Of a stretch of DNA of 27,515 nucleotides, positions 8,867-16,510 are shown in pieces. Within the stretch, counting starts at the first letter, position 1. Each line of letters begins with the position of its first letter. Both the position numbers and the translations under genes were made by a program. The notes below the pieces were generated by a model. That model was not told the DNA's origin and ran no database searches. It worked only from the letters and a program-made list of their open reading frames with translations. The stretch is from a virus (taxonomy: Duplodnaviria; Caudoviricetes), in the IMG/VR virus record IMGVR_UViG_3300020045_004165, positions 1 through 27,515 of that record, one strand, 5' to 3'.

Positions 8867-8948
8867 CTTTTTTGCTTAAATAAATTTCTAGTTTCTTAAT
8901 GACTTTTTTAGGTTCTTTTTCTTTTTTAGAAATACCATCCTGATTCAT
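8826..8948 (-). CDS. small basic ORF (40 aa, MNQDGISKKEKEPKKVIKKLEIYL...)
   Basis: Open frame bridging the gap and overlapping both neighbours. Confidence 0.3.
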   Translation of the reverse strand: MNQDGISKKEKEPKKVIKKLEIYLSKKDGRTDNKHRDDRK

Positions 8949-9417
8949 TGTTATATTTTTTTGGGTTTACAATATTTTCGCTGTTGTAAATATACTCAGT
9001 TAATTTATTCTTACAAAGCCATTTTTCCATTCTTTGTTGGTATATATCGGCTTTGTATCTTTGATTACTCACTAATAAATCTACTTCACTCTTTTCGATA
9101 GCAGTTCCGTTTTGTGGAGTATGCTTGTATATTCCTCCATTATTAACCATATAAGCACCATCTTTTAAATATTCCATCGCTGAACGATGTATAAGAAAAG
9201 GTGTGATATATTTTTCGTATAAAATTAAATATAATCCTGTTATAGTATCATCTTCAACATCTGCCTTTATCTTTTCGTATAAATCTTCGCCTAATATCTC
9301 TTCTAATGATGAAATTTGAGCATCTGAAATACAGTATTTATACTTGTCTACGTCAATGTTTCCACCTAATATGGAACTAGATGTAATCTCGTTATCTTTT
9401 AAAAGTAAGTATTCCAT
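8926..9417 (-). CDS. putative head-tail adaptor
   Basis: Helical 163 aa protein immediately downstream of the portal. Confidence 0.55.
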   Translation of the reverse strand: MEYLLLKDNEITSSSILGGNIDVDKYKYCISDAQISSLEEILGEDLYEKIKADVEDDTITGLYLILYEKYITPFLIHRSAMEYLKDGAYMVNNGGIYKHTPQNGTAIEKSEVDLLVSNQRYKADIYQQRMEKWLCKNKLTEYIYNSENIVNPKKYNNESGWYF

Positions 9418-9419
9418 TA

Positions 9420-11093
9420 TTATTGAGGATTTAAGAAACCATTATTAGGCATATCGTCTGGAGTTTTAGCCACCAAGGGGTCGTTTTGAACAAAGTTAGC
9501 TTCTTTACGCAGTGCAGGGTCTAAAGCATTTAATAATTCACGTGCTTTTTTACTAGATATTTGGTCGTTATTTGCTTTTAAATATATCTTTCTCATCCAA
9601 AAATGCTGACATCTTGCGCCACCTTTGTATAAAAATATGTTATAAGTATCTGCGCCACGTGCTCCAAATCCTTTGTTAACTGCTTTTTTACTAGCTAAAT
9701 CTATATCCTCTTTTCGATATACTTTTTTAGCATTAACCATCTTACGACAAAACTCTCTTTCTGGACTTTGTGAGCCTTCATAAGAGTATCTTATTTTAAA
9801 TAGTGTTGTATCTTGTGAACTATCACGCTCTGGAAAATTACTAGGCACATAAGCAAGCTTAAAACTCATTTCTGTTAACTCTGGTTCACCATCTTGTAAA
9901 CGTGAATCTAAAAGCTCCCATTCTGTTTCGTCTATTACCTCACCTAAATCAATTAAAGAGTCAGCAATAATATCGTCGGTTTCGTCGTGGTCGTGTGCGC
10001 TTAATTGTGTTTGTGTTTGTGCTTTTTTTCTTAATGGGATAAAATCTAAGTCAATACTATATCCTTCTGCTGTAAATATTTCTTTTAAAGCATCTAATAT
10101 AATTTCTTGCTTAGGTTGTATCGTCATTGTCATAATCTCATCAAATGCAACCTCCATTTCATTTGCATTATTACCTAAACCACCCTCTTTCATTACTCCA
10201 AAAATAATTGGCGATGTGACACGGTGTGCAATCATTAATTTTTGTCCTGATTCTGAACTTAAAAACTCATATTGTTTATGTGCTTCTGATACTTCCATTG
10301 AAGTAATGGTGTTTTCGTGCTCTCTATCTTCGTTAAACATTACAACTATTCTACCTGCATTATTTGAGCCTGTAGCCTTGTTTTTTATATCTCTAACGAT
10401 TTCGTTTTTTACCTCTTCACTCTCTGGAACACCGTTATTCATATTAATAAAGTGACCTGTAGAAAGACCATTTTTAATATGATTAATGCAATAATTAGCT
10501 ATTTCTTCTTCTAATTCTGCATACGGTAAACCAGCCAAATAAGATGGGTCTGCGTAATATATTTTTCCTACTTGGTAATCTGAAATAACATAAATTAAGG
10601 AGCCGTTTTTTATTTTATCGGTTGTTTTAAAATTATCTATTTCAATAGGCGCATATTTTCTTGTATTATTAAAGTCTTGACAAAACCAATAAGAAGTTAT
10701 TTCGCTATCTTCATTTAATTTTGAAGGTGCGATCTGATTCTTTGGTACGTGCTTAACTCTTTGTAATTTAGAATCTTCATAAATAAGCTCTAATGACGCT
10801 TCTGTAAATATTGCGTAGTCTTGACAAACTGCACGCAAATCATTTTTAGATAATAATCTTTTTACATTTGCGAATTGAATAGCTTTACTAGACTGTTGAG
10901 AACTCATTAACCCTTTACCATAAATAAACTGAGCATAGGAATCTATAATAGTTCTATTAGTAGGCGAACCATTATAACGGTCTATAATGTATTTATAGAA
11001 ATCGTTTTTATCTCCGTTTAATACGTATTCTTTAGAACTAACTTCCTTTACTTCGGGTCTAACGTAGTTAGATAATTGTATAACTCCTATCAT
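9420..11093 (-). CDS. portal protein with C-terminal Cys/His extension
   Basis: IYGKGL, ATGSNNAGRIVVMF, AHRVTSPIIFG and IQPKQ portal-like motifs; size. Confidence 0.85.
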   Translation of the reverse strand: MIGVIQLSNYVRPEVKEVSSKEYVLNGDKNDFYKYIIDRYNGSPTNRTIIDSYAQFIYGKGLMSSQQSSKAIQFANVKRLLSKNDLRAVCQDYAIFTEASLELIYEDSKLQRVKHVPKNQIAPSKLNEDSEITSYWFCQDFNNTRKYAPIEIDNFKTTDKIKNGSLIYVISDYQVGKIYYADPSYLAGLPYAELEEEIANYCINHIKNGLSTGHFINMNNGVPESEEVKNEIVRDIKNKATGSNNAGRIVVMFNEDREHENTITSMEVSEAHKQYEFLSSESGQKLMIAHRVTSPIIFGVMKEGGLGNNANEMEVAFDEIMTMTIQPKQEIILDALKEIFTAEGYSIDLDFIPLRKKAQTQTQLSAHDHDETDDIIADSLIDLGEVIDETEWELLDSRLQDGEPELTEMSFKLAYVPSNFPERDSSQDTTLFKIRYSYEGSQSPEREFCRKMVNAKKVYRKEDIDLASKKAVNKGFGARGADTYNIFLYKGGARCQHFWMRKIYLKANNDQISSKKARELLNALDPALRKEANFVQNDPLVAKTPDDMPNNGFLNPQ

Positions 11094-11377
11094 TAGTTTA
11101 ATTTATAATTTTGTAAATCTTCTTGATCTGTTGCATATGCTTTACCACGATATAAAACGCTTGCATCATCATAAATAGCAATCTCATAACTTTGACCTTC
11201 TTTAAAAATATGTTCAAAATTAGCGTGCAAATAACCGCCTACATTAGAGCAAGTAATTTGAATTGTAGTTTCTTCGCTTCTTAATTCATAAAATAGCTTT
11301 AAAGTTGCCGTCTCTGGAATAGAGCGACTAACTATATATAAAGCATGAATACTGTCTGACGGTTTGAAAACTTTCAT
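11093..11377 (-). CDS. small structural protein (94 aa)
   Basis: First gene after a late promoter, stop overlaps the portal start. Confidence 0.65.
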   Translation of the reverse strand: MKVFKPSDSIHALYIVSRSIPETATLKLFYELRSEETTIQITCSNVGGYLHANFEHIFKEGQSYEIAIYDDASVLYRGKAYATDQEDLQNYKLN

Positions 11378-11410
11378 ACTATTATAACGTTTATAATCAA
11401 AATTGTATTT
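11378..11410 (-). promoter_or_regulatory. putative phage late (ECF-type) promoter, copy 3
   Basis: AAATAC-N15-CGTT-N8-ATG. Confidence 0.75.
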
Positions 11411-11458
11411 AAAACATAAAACCCGTTACAATTAAGTAACGGGTTTTATGTTTTAAAT
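11407..11458. terminator. perfect 23-bp inverted repeat; probable bidirectional terminator
   Basis: ATTTAAAACATAAAACCCGTTAC-aattaa-GTAACGGGTTTTATGTTTTAAAT, just after the PAPS-reductase-like stop. Confidence 0.8.
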
Positions 11459-11464
11459 TCTGTT

Positions 11465-12409
11465 TTATGGTAATTTTATATTTATTTTTTCTAATGCATT
11501 TCTGTAGCCTAATTTATCCATTATAGAATAATAACGTTTTGGCTCTCTTTTGTTTAATCTATGAAATTTAGTATTTTCTTTATCTTCAAACTGAACTCCA
11601 AAACCGCAATAAGCACATCCTGTTCTTTTTTCTCCCTGTACAATTTCTCCGTCAATTTCAATATCGTAATAAACAGAGCAAATTTTTATATTATGTTTCT
11701 TTATTAATTCCCAAATATCTTTTTCTGTAAAAATTGAAAGAGGTTTAGATATATTTCTTGCTCCAAAAACGTTACAAGTTCCTTTTATATTATATTGTTG
11801 CTTACGCAGGTTAGACTCATCGGCCATTGTTCCAAGTATAGCACTTAATCCGCTATCTTTTTCAAATTTCTTTACTGGAATTTTTTTAAGAATATCACAA
11901 CATTTAGAAGTTATTTCTATATCTTCATAAACTAAATATTTCCATTTTTCAGAAATTTTACCAGAAATATATTCTTTACCAGTATTTTTAGAAACTCTTT
12001 TAGTTCCAAATAATCTAATATCTAATAATTTAAAAGACTTAGTATTTTTAGCTTCATTTATTTTTTGGGATTCTTCTTTACTTATTAAGGGATATCCATT
12101 AATTAAAAGAGATTGCGCAAATGTCATTTTAGGTCTTAACCATGTGACTCTATCTTCATAAGATTTTACAAAATCTAATATTTCAGAATATTCATTAGTA
12201 GTATTATTGAATACCATTTTTATTTTAGGATATTTCATCATTTCACACCAAGTATCGCATAAATAACTTAACACAGTACTGTCTTTTCCTCCAGAAAAAG
12301 CAATGTAAACTTTTCCATCTAACTTGTGATAAAATAAATCTAATGTTTCAAAGAAATGAAATATTTTCTGGTCTAAAGTCCATTCTTGTTTTTCTTTTAG
12401 TGTCTCCAT
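11465..12409 (-). CDS. PAPS/APS reductase-family (DndC-like) PP-loop protein
   Basis: FSGGKDS PP-loop, KCCDILKK, DESNLR and RTGCAYC motifs. Confidence 0.85.
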   Translation of the reverse strand: METLKEKQEWTLDQKIFHFFETLDLFYHKLDGKVYIAFSGGKDSTVLSYLCDTWCEMMKYPKIKMVFNNTTNEYSEILDFVKSYEDRVTWLRPKMTFAQSLLINGYPLISKEESQKINEAKNTKSFKLLDIRLFGTKRVSKNTGKEYISGKISEKWKYLVYEDIEITSKCCDILKKIPVKKFEKDSGLSAILGTMADESNLRKQQYNIKGTCNVFGARNISKPLSIFTEKDIWELIKKHNIKICSVYYDIEIDGEIVQGEKRTGCAYCGFGVQFEDKENTKFHRLNKREPKRYYSIMDKLGYRNALEKINIKLP

Positions 12410-12422
12410 AATCCTGTATATT

Positions 12423-12507
12423 AAAAAAGACCCAATAAAACTGAGTCGGCAGTTCTAAAGAGTCTTATTATATCTTTTAATAGTCAAGCTTCCGACTTCT
12501 TAACTAT
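12423..12507 (-). ncRNA. cis-regulatory leader: hairpin plus terminator with complementary loops
   Basis: ATAGTTAAG/CTTGACTAT stem with loop containing AGTCGG; long terminator stem with 6-nt loop CCGACT, then T tract. Confidence 0.7.
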
Positions 12508-12539
12508 GCAAACATACGTACTATTATATTAAGAATCAA
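12502..12539 (-). promoter_or_regulatory. host-type promoter of the PAPS-reductase-like gene
   Basis: TTG-N20-TATGTTTG; 29/38 nt identical to 16179-16216. Confidence 0.75.
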
Positions 12540-12546
12540 TATAAAT

Positions 12547-12578
12547 AAAAAATCCCTAACATATAATGCAAGGGATTT
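12547..12578 (-). terminator. intrinsic terminator of the head operon
   Basis: AAATCCCTTGC/GTTAGGGATTT stem plus T tract. Confidence 0.75.
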
Positions 12579-12603
12579 AATAAGATAATTTTTCTCCTTT
12601 CTT

Positions 12604-13122
12604 TTAAGGTTCGATTACTGAAACACTTACTAATGCGTTTAAAGCTGTTTTTGCAGTTGCAGATAAGAAAGGACTATACTTGTTATCAACTGCTTCAAGT
12701 GCGATTGTATAACCGCTTGCATCAGTTGATTTTGTACCTCCTGTAGAATCTAATCCACTATCTATTCCAACTACAAAAACATTACCGTTATAATCGTGTA
12801 CGAATGCAACTAAGCGTCCGTACAACATAGCCATTAACTCAACATCTGATTCTTTACCTAATTTTGGTAATACAGCGTTAATAACTGCACGTATTTCAGT
12901 TGTTCTATTTTCCATATTAACAGTAGCAGTCTCAATAAGATTGTTTCCTGTTCCCTTTACTTCATAACGAAAAACCTCTGTTAATCCGACTGGCAAAGTT
13001 GCAATCTCTTGTAGAGTCGTAACAAAACCAAATTCCTCAAACGGCACAAAGTCAATCATTTTTATTCCTATCCTAGAATCCTTACATCCTAGTTTTCTAC
13101 CTTTTGTAATATCGCAAGCCAT
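12604..13122 (-). CDS. putative major tail (tube) protein
   Basis: 172 aa beta-rich protein right after the capsid gene; MACDITKGR..CKD..G N-terminus recalled from structural proteins of Bacteroidota phages. Confidence 0.55.
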   Translation of the reverse strand: MACDITKGRKLGCKDSRIGIKMIDFVPFEEFGFVTTLQEIATLPVGLTEVFRYEVKGTGNNLIETATVNMENRTTEIRAVINAVLPKLGKESDVELMAMLYGRLVAFVHDYNGNVFVVGIDSGLDSTGGTKSTDASGYTIALEAVDNKYSPFLSATAKTALNALVSVSVIEP

Positions 13123-13138
13123 AATTTTTATATGTTTT

Positions 13139-13164
13139 AAAAAAGGGGTAAATCAATACCCCTT
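13139..13164 (-). terminator. terminator after the major capsid gene
   Basis: AAGGGGTA/TACCCCTT perfect stem plus T tract. Confidence 0.75.
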
Positions 13165-13174
13165 AGATTAATAA

Positions 13175-14086
13175 TTATGCTATTGGTCTAGCCCATACAA
13201 TTTCCTCACCATTGTAGTACTGAACACCTGCATTATATACCATTGTTCCGATAACTAAACCGTTCAACATTGTTTCGTCTTGATCTACTAAACGTAGTTC
13301 GTTGTGGTCTGCTAAAAGTCCAGTCCCAAATACTAAGTTTTTAGGTTCTGCTATTACTACAGTTGAGGCAGGTAAAGCAGATAATTCTTCTATTTTGTAT
13401 TTACCAAAGATTAGGTTTGTGTTTGCGTCTCCACCTAAGCCGTTTGAAATTCCTTTAGAAATTAACCAAAAGTTATAAGCTTGTGCGACATCAGAAGAAA
13501 CTCCAATTCTCAAAGGTTTTTTTCTCATTGCCAATGGAATAGCTGAAAGAGCTTGTTTCAATTGTGCTTCAACGTTTGCCTCTGTAGTTGACGCCGCGAA
13601 ATCTACATCGATTACATCCGCATCAGCTAAAAACAATTTCAAGAAACCGTCAAACTCTGTTGGGTTTGTAGAATCTCCATTCCAAATGTTATCGTCTAAT
13701 TCAGCAGAAGTTTGAGCTAATTTCTCAACTGTAATTGCATCCATAATATCTTTAGGTGCATTATCATTATGAGCCGATGCCCCCATTGATTCCTCAGACC
13801 ATTGCGCTCTAAAATCTTCTTTACAAATTTCAAAATCATCTTTAAATTTGATAGGTTCTAAAACCTTTTCAGATAAAGTAATTGAACCAGCAGGAAGGAA
13901 TCCACAAGTATAGGCTCTTTTACCACCTGTTAATTCAATCTTTCTAAGATTCAATTTAAAATTAATGTTTTCAAAAGTGGTAATAAATCCGCTTTGAATT
14001 GTGTCCGCTTCTCTAAAAGCTTGACCGATAATTCCGCCCGCTTCCTTGCCTGCGTAATTTGATGTTACTGATACTGTTGTTGCCAT
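13175..14086 (-). CDS. major capsid protein
   Basis: 303 aa, follows protease/scaffold; IWNGD...FDGFLK motif common in HK97-fold capsid proteins. Confidence 0.85.
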   Translation of the reverse strand: MATTVSVTSNYAGKEAGGIIGQAFREADTIQSGFITTFENINFKLNLRKIELTGGKRAYTCGFLPAGSITLSEKVLEPIKFKDDFEICKEDFRAQWSEESMGASAHNDNAPKDIMDAITVEKLAQTSAELDDNIWNGDSTNPTEFDGFLKLFLADADVIDVDFAASTTEANVEAQLKQALSAIPLAMRKKPLRIGVSSDVAQAYNFWLISKGISNGLGGDANTNLIFGKYKIEELSALPASTVVIAEPKNLVFGTGLLADHNELRLVDQDETMLNGLVIGTMVYNAGVQYYNGEEIVWARPIA

Positions 14087-14089
14087 GTT

Positions 14090-15184
14090 TTATTTTTTTG
14101 CTTGGTTTAGTTTTTCTTGTAATCTTTCTTTTGCGTTTCTAGGTGCGATTTCTTGTACTTCTTTTTGTTTAGTTAAAGAAACTTCAAGTTCTTTTTTTGA
14201 TTCAATGTGAGCCATTAAACGAGTTTCCATAGCTTCCATTTGTTTCCCCATTTCTTGTGCTAATTGGTAAAACACTTCTTGTGTATGTTTTTCGCTTTTA
14301 ACCGTCGGAGCAGTAGCAGGTGCGCTTTGCATTTCAGCAGGAGCATTGTCTACAGCAGTAGCATCTTCTTCTGTTGGCTCTTTAATATCGTCTACTAAAG
14401 AATTTAATACAACAATTGACATTCCATCTTCTAGAACGTACTCTCCGTCTGGAACATCCATTTTAGTACCGTCTTCGGCAGTTAAAAATACCTGCATTTT
14501 TTTTGCGATTGTATCGCCTTCAAACTCTATTTTTAGAGATTGGTCTTGTGTCATAATGCTACCAAGTTTTAGCTCTGTTTCTTTTTTCAAAGAGATTGAA
14601 GCGAAGCCCTGTTTTATAGCATCTACAATTTCTGTTACATTCATATTTGATTCACTTTTTAAATTAATTTTCTCTAAGTCGAATAATCCATCAATAGAAA
14701 ATCCTTTTACTTTTCCAGTCTTTACAAAGTCATTCCAAACTTCATCACTATCGACTTTCATACTTGCAAACCAAGTCCCTATTGGTTCATTAAATCCATG
14801 CATTGCTGATTTATCGTTAACCATGTCTTCTTTAATCCAACTTTCAACAAAAGTAACTCCTGATAATTTCAACTCTTCATTATGCTCTAAAGTAGAATTA
14901 TTCTGATAACCTTGCCGATGATAATTTTCAGAAGTTAGTCTTATAGTTTCAGCAGGAAATACAATATTAAATTCTTTACCTCCCTGATTTCTGTAAATTG
15001 GTTTGTCTGGAATTAATACAGCACCTAATAAAATCCTTTTCTCACTATCAATAGCTTTTAAATGTAAGGGTTCTTGACTAGCTAAAGCAATAAATTGAGA
15101 CTCCATTGCAGGACTTTCAACAAGTGAAATTCCATACACTCCTTGTGTCTCTCCTGCTTTAAATATTACTTTGTATGTTTCCAT
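14090..15184 (-). CDS. prohead serine protease (XkdF-like) fused to scaffold
   Basis: ISLVESPA, LIPDKPIYR, ESWI, GTWF and KGFSIDG motifs; acidic, coiled-coil C-terminal half. Confidence 0.8.
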   Translation of the reverse strand: METYKVIFKAGETQGVYGISLVESPAMESQFIALASQEPLHLKAIDSEKRILLGAVLIPDKPIYRNQGGKEFNIVFPAETIRLTSENYHRQGYQNNSTLEHNEELKLSGVTFVESWIKEDMVNDKSAMHGFNEPIGTWFASMKVDSDEVWNDFVKTGKVKGFSIDGLFDLEKINLKSESNMNVTEIVDAIKQGFASISLKKETELKLGSIMTQDQSLKIEFEGDTIAKKMQVFLTAEDGTKMDVPDGEYVLEDGMSIVVLNSLVDDIKEPTEEDATAVDNAPAEMQSAPATAPTVKSEKHTQEVFYQLAQEMGKQMEAMETRLMAHIESKKELEVSLTKQKEVQEIAPRNAKERLQEKLNQAKK

Positions 15185-15217
15185 ACACTATAAACGAATT
15201 AATTTAAAAGCGTACCG
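15185..15217 (-). promoter_or_regulatory. putative phage late (ECF-type) promoter, copy 2
   Basis: CGGTAC-N15-CGTT-N8-ATG. Confidence 0.75.
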
Positions 15218-15226
15218 TTTAAGCAC

Positions 15227-15258
15227 AAAAAAAACCCTAACAAATTAATGATAGGGTT
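15227..15258 (-). terminator. intrinsic terminator after the methyltransferase gene
   Basis: AACCCTA/TAGGGTT stem plus long T tract. Confidence 0.75.
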
Positions 15259-15313
15259 AAAAATAGTAGTTGTGGTGCTTTATATAAATTTTAAAATAAA
15301 ATATAGCCTTTAG

Positions 15314-16042
15314 TTAAGGACAATACACGAAAAGACGCTCGGTTGGTTTGATTGTGTTTGTTGTATTCATTGAGTTTGTAACTTCTTTACTCCATACACA
15401 TTTAAAATCTTCGGGCGCAGTATATTCTGAAACAAATACTTTATGTCCATTATTAGCCATATTCCTGCACCATTCCCAAAAATTATCGTGATTGAAATTA
15501 GCAGATGTCGCATATTGTTTTGTATTTTTATACGGAATATCACAATAAATAATGCTTTTCTTAGGAACTTGCAAATTATCGTATGTGCATTCTATAAATT
15601 CAATTCCTTTTATATGTTCAATTTGCTTTTCAATATTGTCAATACTTTCTTTTGTGTAGTTTCTTTTTAGATAATTACCATTATATCCACCGTCAAAAAA
15701 TCTTCCGTTAAATGATGCCATAAAGCCTATCCATCCCACCATAAAGTCATCCATTTCCATAACGTGATTAAATGCGGTTTCTTTACCGTTAAAAACTTCC
15801 CTTGCTACATTATACAAGTCTTTTGATATTTCAGTGGGTCTTGGTCTGTTTTCTTGCAATCCTTTCCACATAGCAATTAGATATTTGCTTTTATCAGAAG
15901 CCATTCTATTCCCTGTAACTTTATCAATTACGTTTGCACCGCCCACCATTGGCTCAACAAAGTATTGATTTTCTTTTCTGTCTTTTAAGATTATAGGCAG
16001 TATTTCTTTTGCTATCCTATTTTTAGAACCCATATACTTCAT
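15314..16042 (-). CDS. Dam-like (D12 class) DNA adenine methyltransferase
   Basis: YMGSK motif X, EPMVGG motif I, YCDIPY motif IV variant, VFVSEY. Confidence 0.88.
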   Translation of the reverse strand: MKYMGSKNRIAKEILPIILKDRKENQYFVEPMVGGANVIDKVTGNRMASDKSKYLIAMWKGLQENRPRPTEISKDLYNVAREVFNGKETAFNHVMEMDDFMVGWIGFMASFNGRFFDGGYNGNYLKRNYTKESIDNIEKQIEHIKGIEFIECTYDNLQVPKKSIIYCDIPYKNTKQYATSANFNHDNFWEWCRNMANNGHKVFVSEYTAPEDFKCVWSKEVTNSMNTTNTIKPTERLFVYCP

Positions 16043-16056
16043 AATATTAATATATT

Positions 16057-16181
16057 AAAAAAGCACCCGATTAAAGGTGCTTTAGGTTATTTAATGGTGA
16101 CGTATATCTTCATACGTTTAATTTTCAGAAACTTAAAATTTACAGCCGGCAAGCCTTTATTTAAGTTAAATTCTTAACAAC
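16057..16181 (-). ncRNA. structured leader with terminator upstream of the methyltransferase
   Basis: Stems GTTGTT/AATAAC, AACTTAAA/TTTAAGTT and ACGTAT/ATACGT, then terminator AAAGCACC/GGTGCTTT plus T tract 14 nt before ATG. Confidence 0.55.
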
Positions 16182-16216
16182 TATACAAAAATACAAAACT
16201 TTTTATTAAGAATGAA
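16179..16216 (-). promoter_or_regulatory. host-type promoter of the methyltransferase
   Basis: TATTTTTG -7 element; aligns without gaps to 12502-12539. Confidence 0.7.
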
Positions 16217-16222
16217 TTTAAA

Positions 16223-16420
16223 TTAATTATCCTTAATGTCTAAATATCCAATTATAGATCCTAATCCCGTAAAACTTCCAACCGTATAAATAATTTCAGC
16301 TTTGCCTACTGGCTCCCAGTTACAGTTAATCATTTTAAGGATACACTTGACTTCACCGATAAGAAAAAATAAAATAATTAATATTTGAACTTCAAAATAA
16401 TACTTAAATTTAGTTTTCAT
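16223..16420 (-). CDS. small membrane protein (65 aa; start revised to ATG 16420)
   Basis: Two hydrophobic segments; the track's GTG start lies inside the upstream hairpin. Confidence 0.65.
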   Translation of the reverse strand: MKTKFKYYFEVQILIILFFLIGEVKCILKMINCNWEPVGKAEIIYTVGSFTGLGSIIGYLDIKDN

Positions 16421-16498
16421 AATAAATAAAATAACCCCCGTCACTCGCTACAAATGAAAGGGGTTTTAAATTGTTAGTTGTAGCGAAATACGAATATA
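16421..16498 (-). promoter_or_regulatory. promoter-like element plus leader whose 5' end is complementary to the terminator loop
   Basis: TATATTCG, then TCGCTACAA, then hairpin AACCCCTTTCAT-[TTGTAGCGA]-GTGACGGGGGTT and a T-rich tail. Confidence 0.6.
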
Positions 16499-16510
16499 AG
16501 GCTTTTATTT

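Noticed and set aside
16100-16170. Possible hammerhead ribozyme in the MTase leader
   Set aside because: Core reads CTGAAAA, not CUGANGA, and there is no correctly placed GAAA
16421-16444. GTG start of the 73-aa ORF
   Set aside because: Buried in the hairpin; ATG 16420 has a better context
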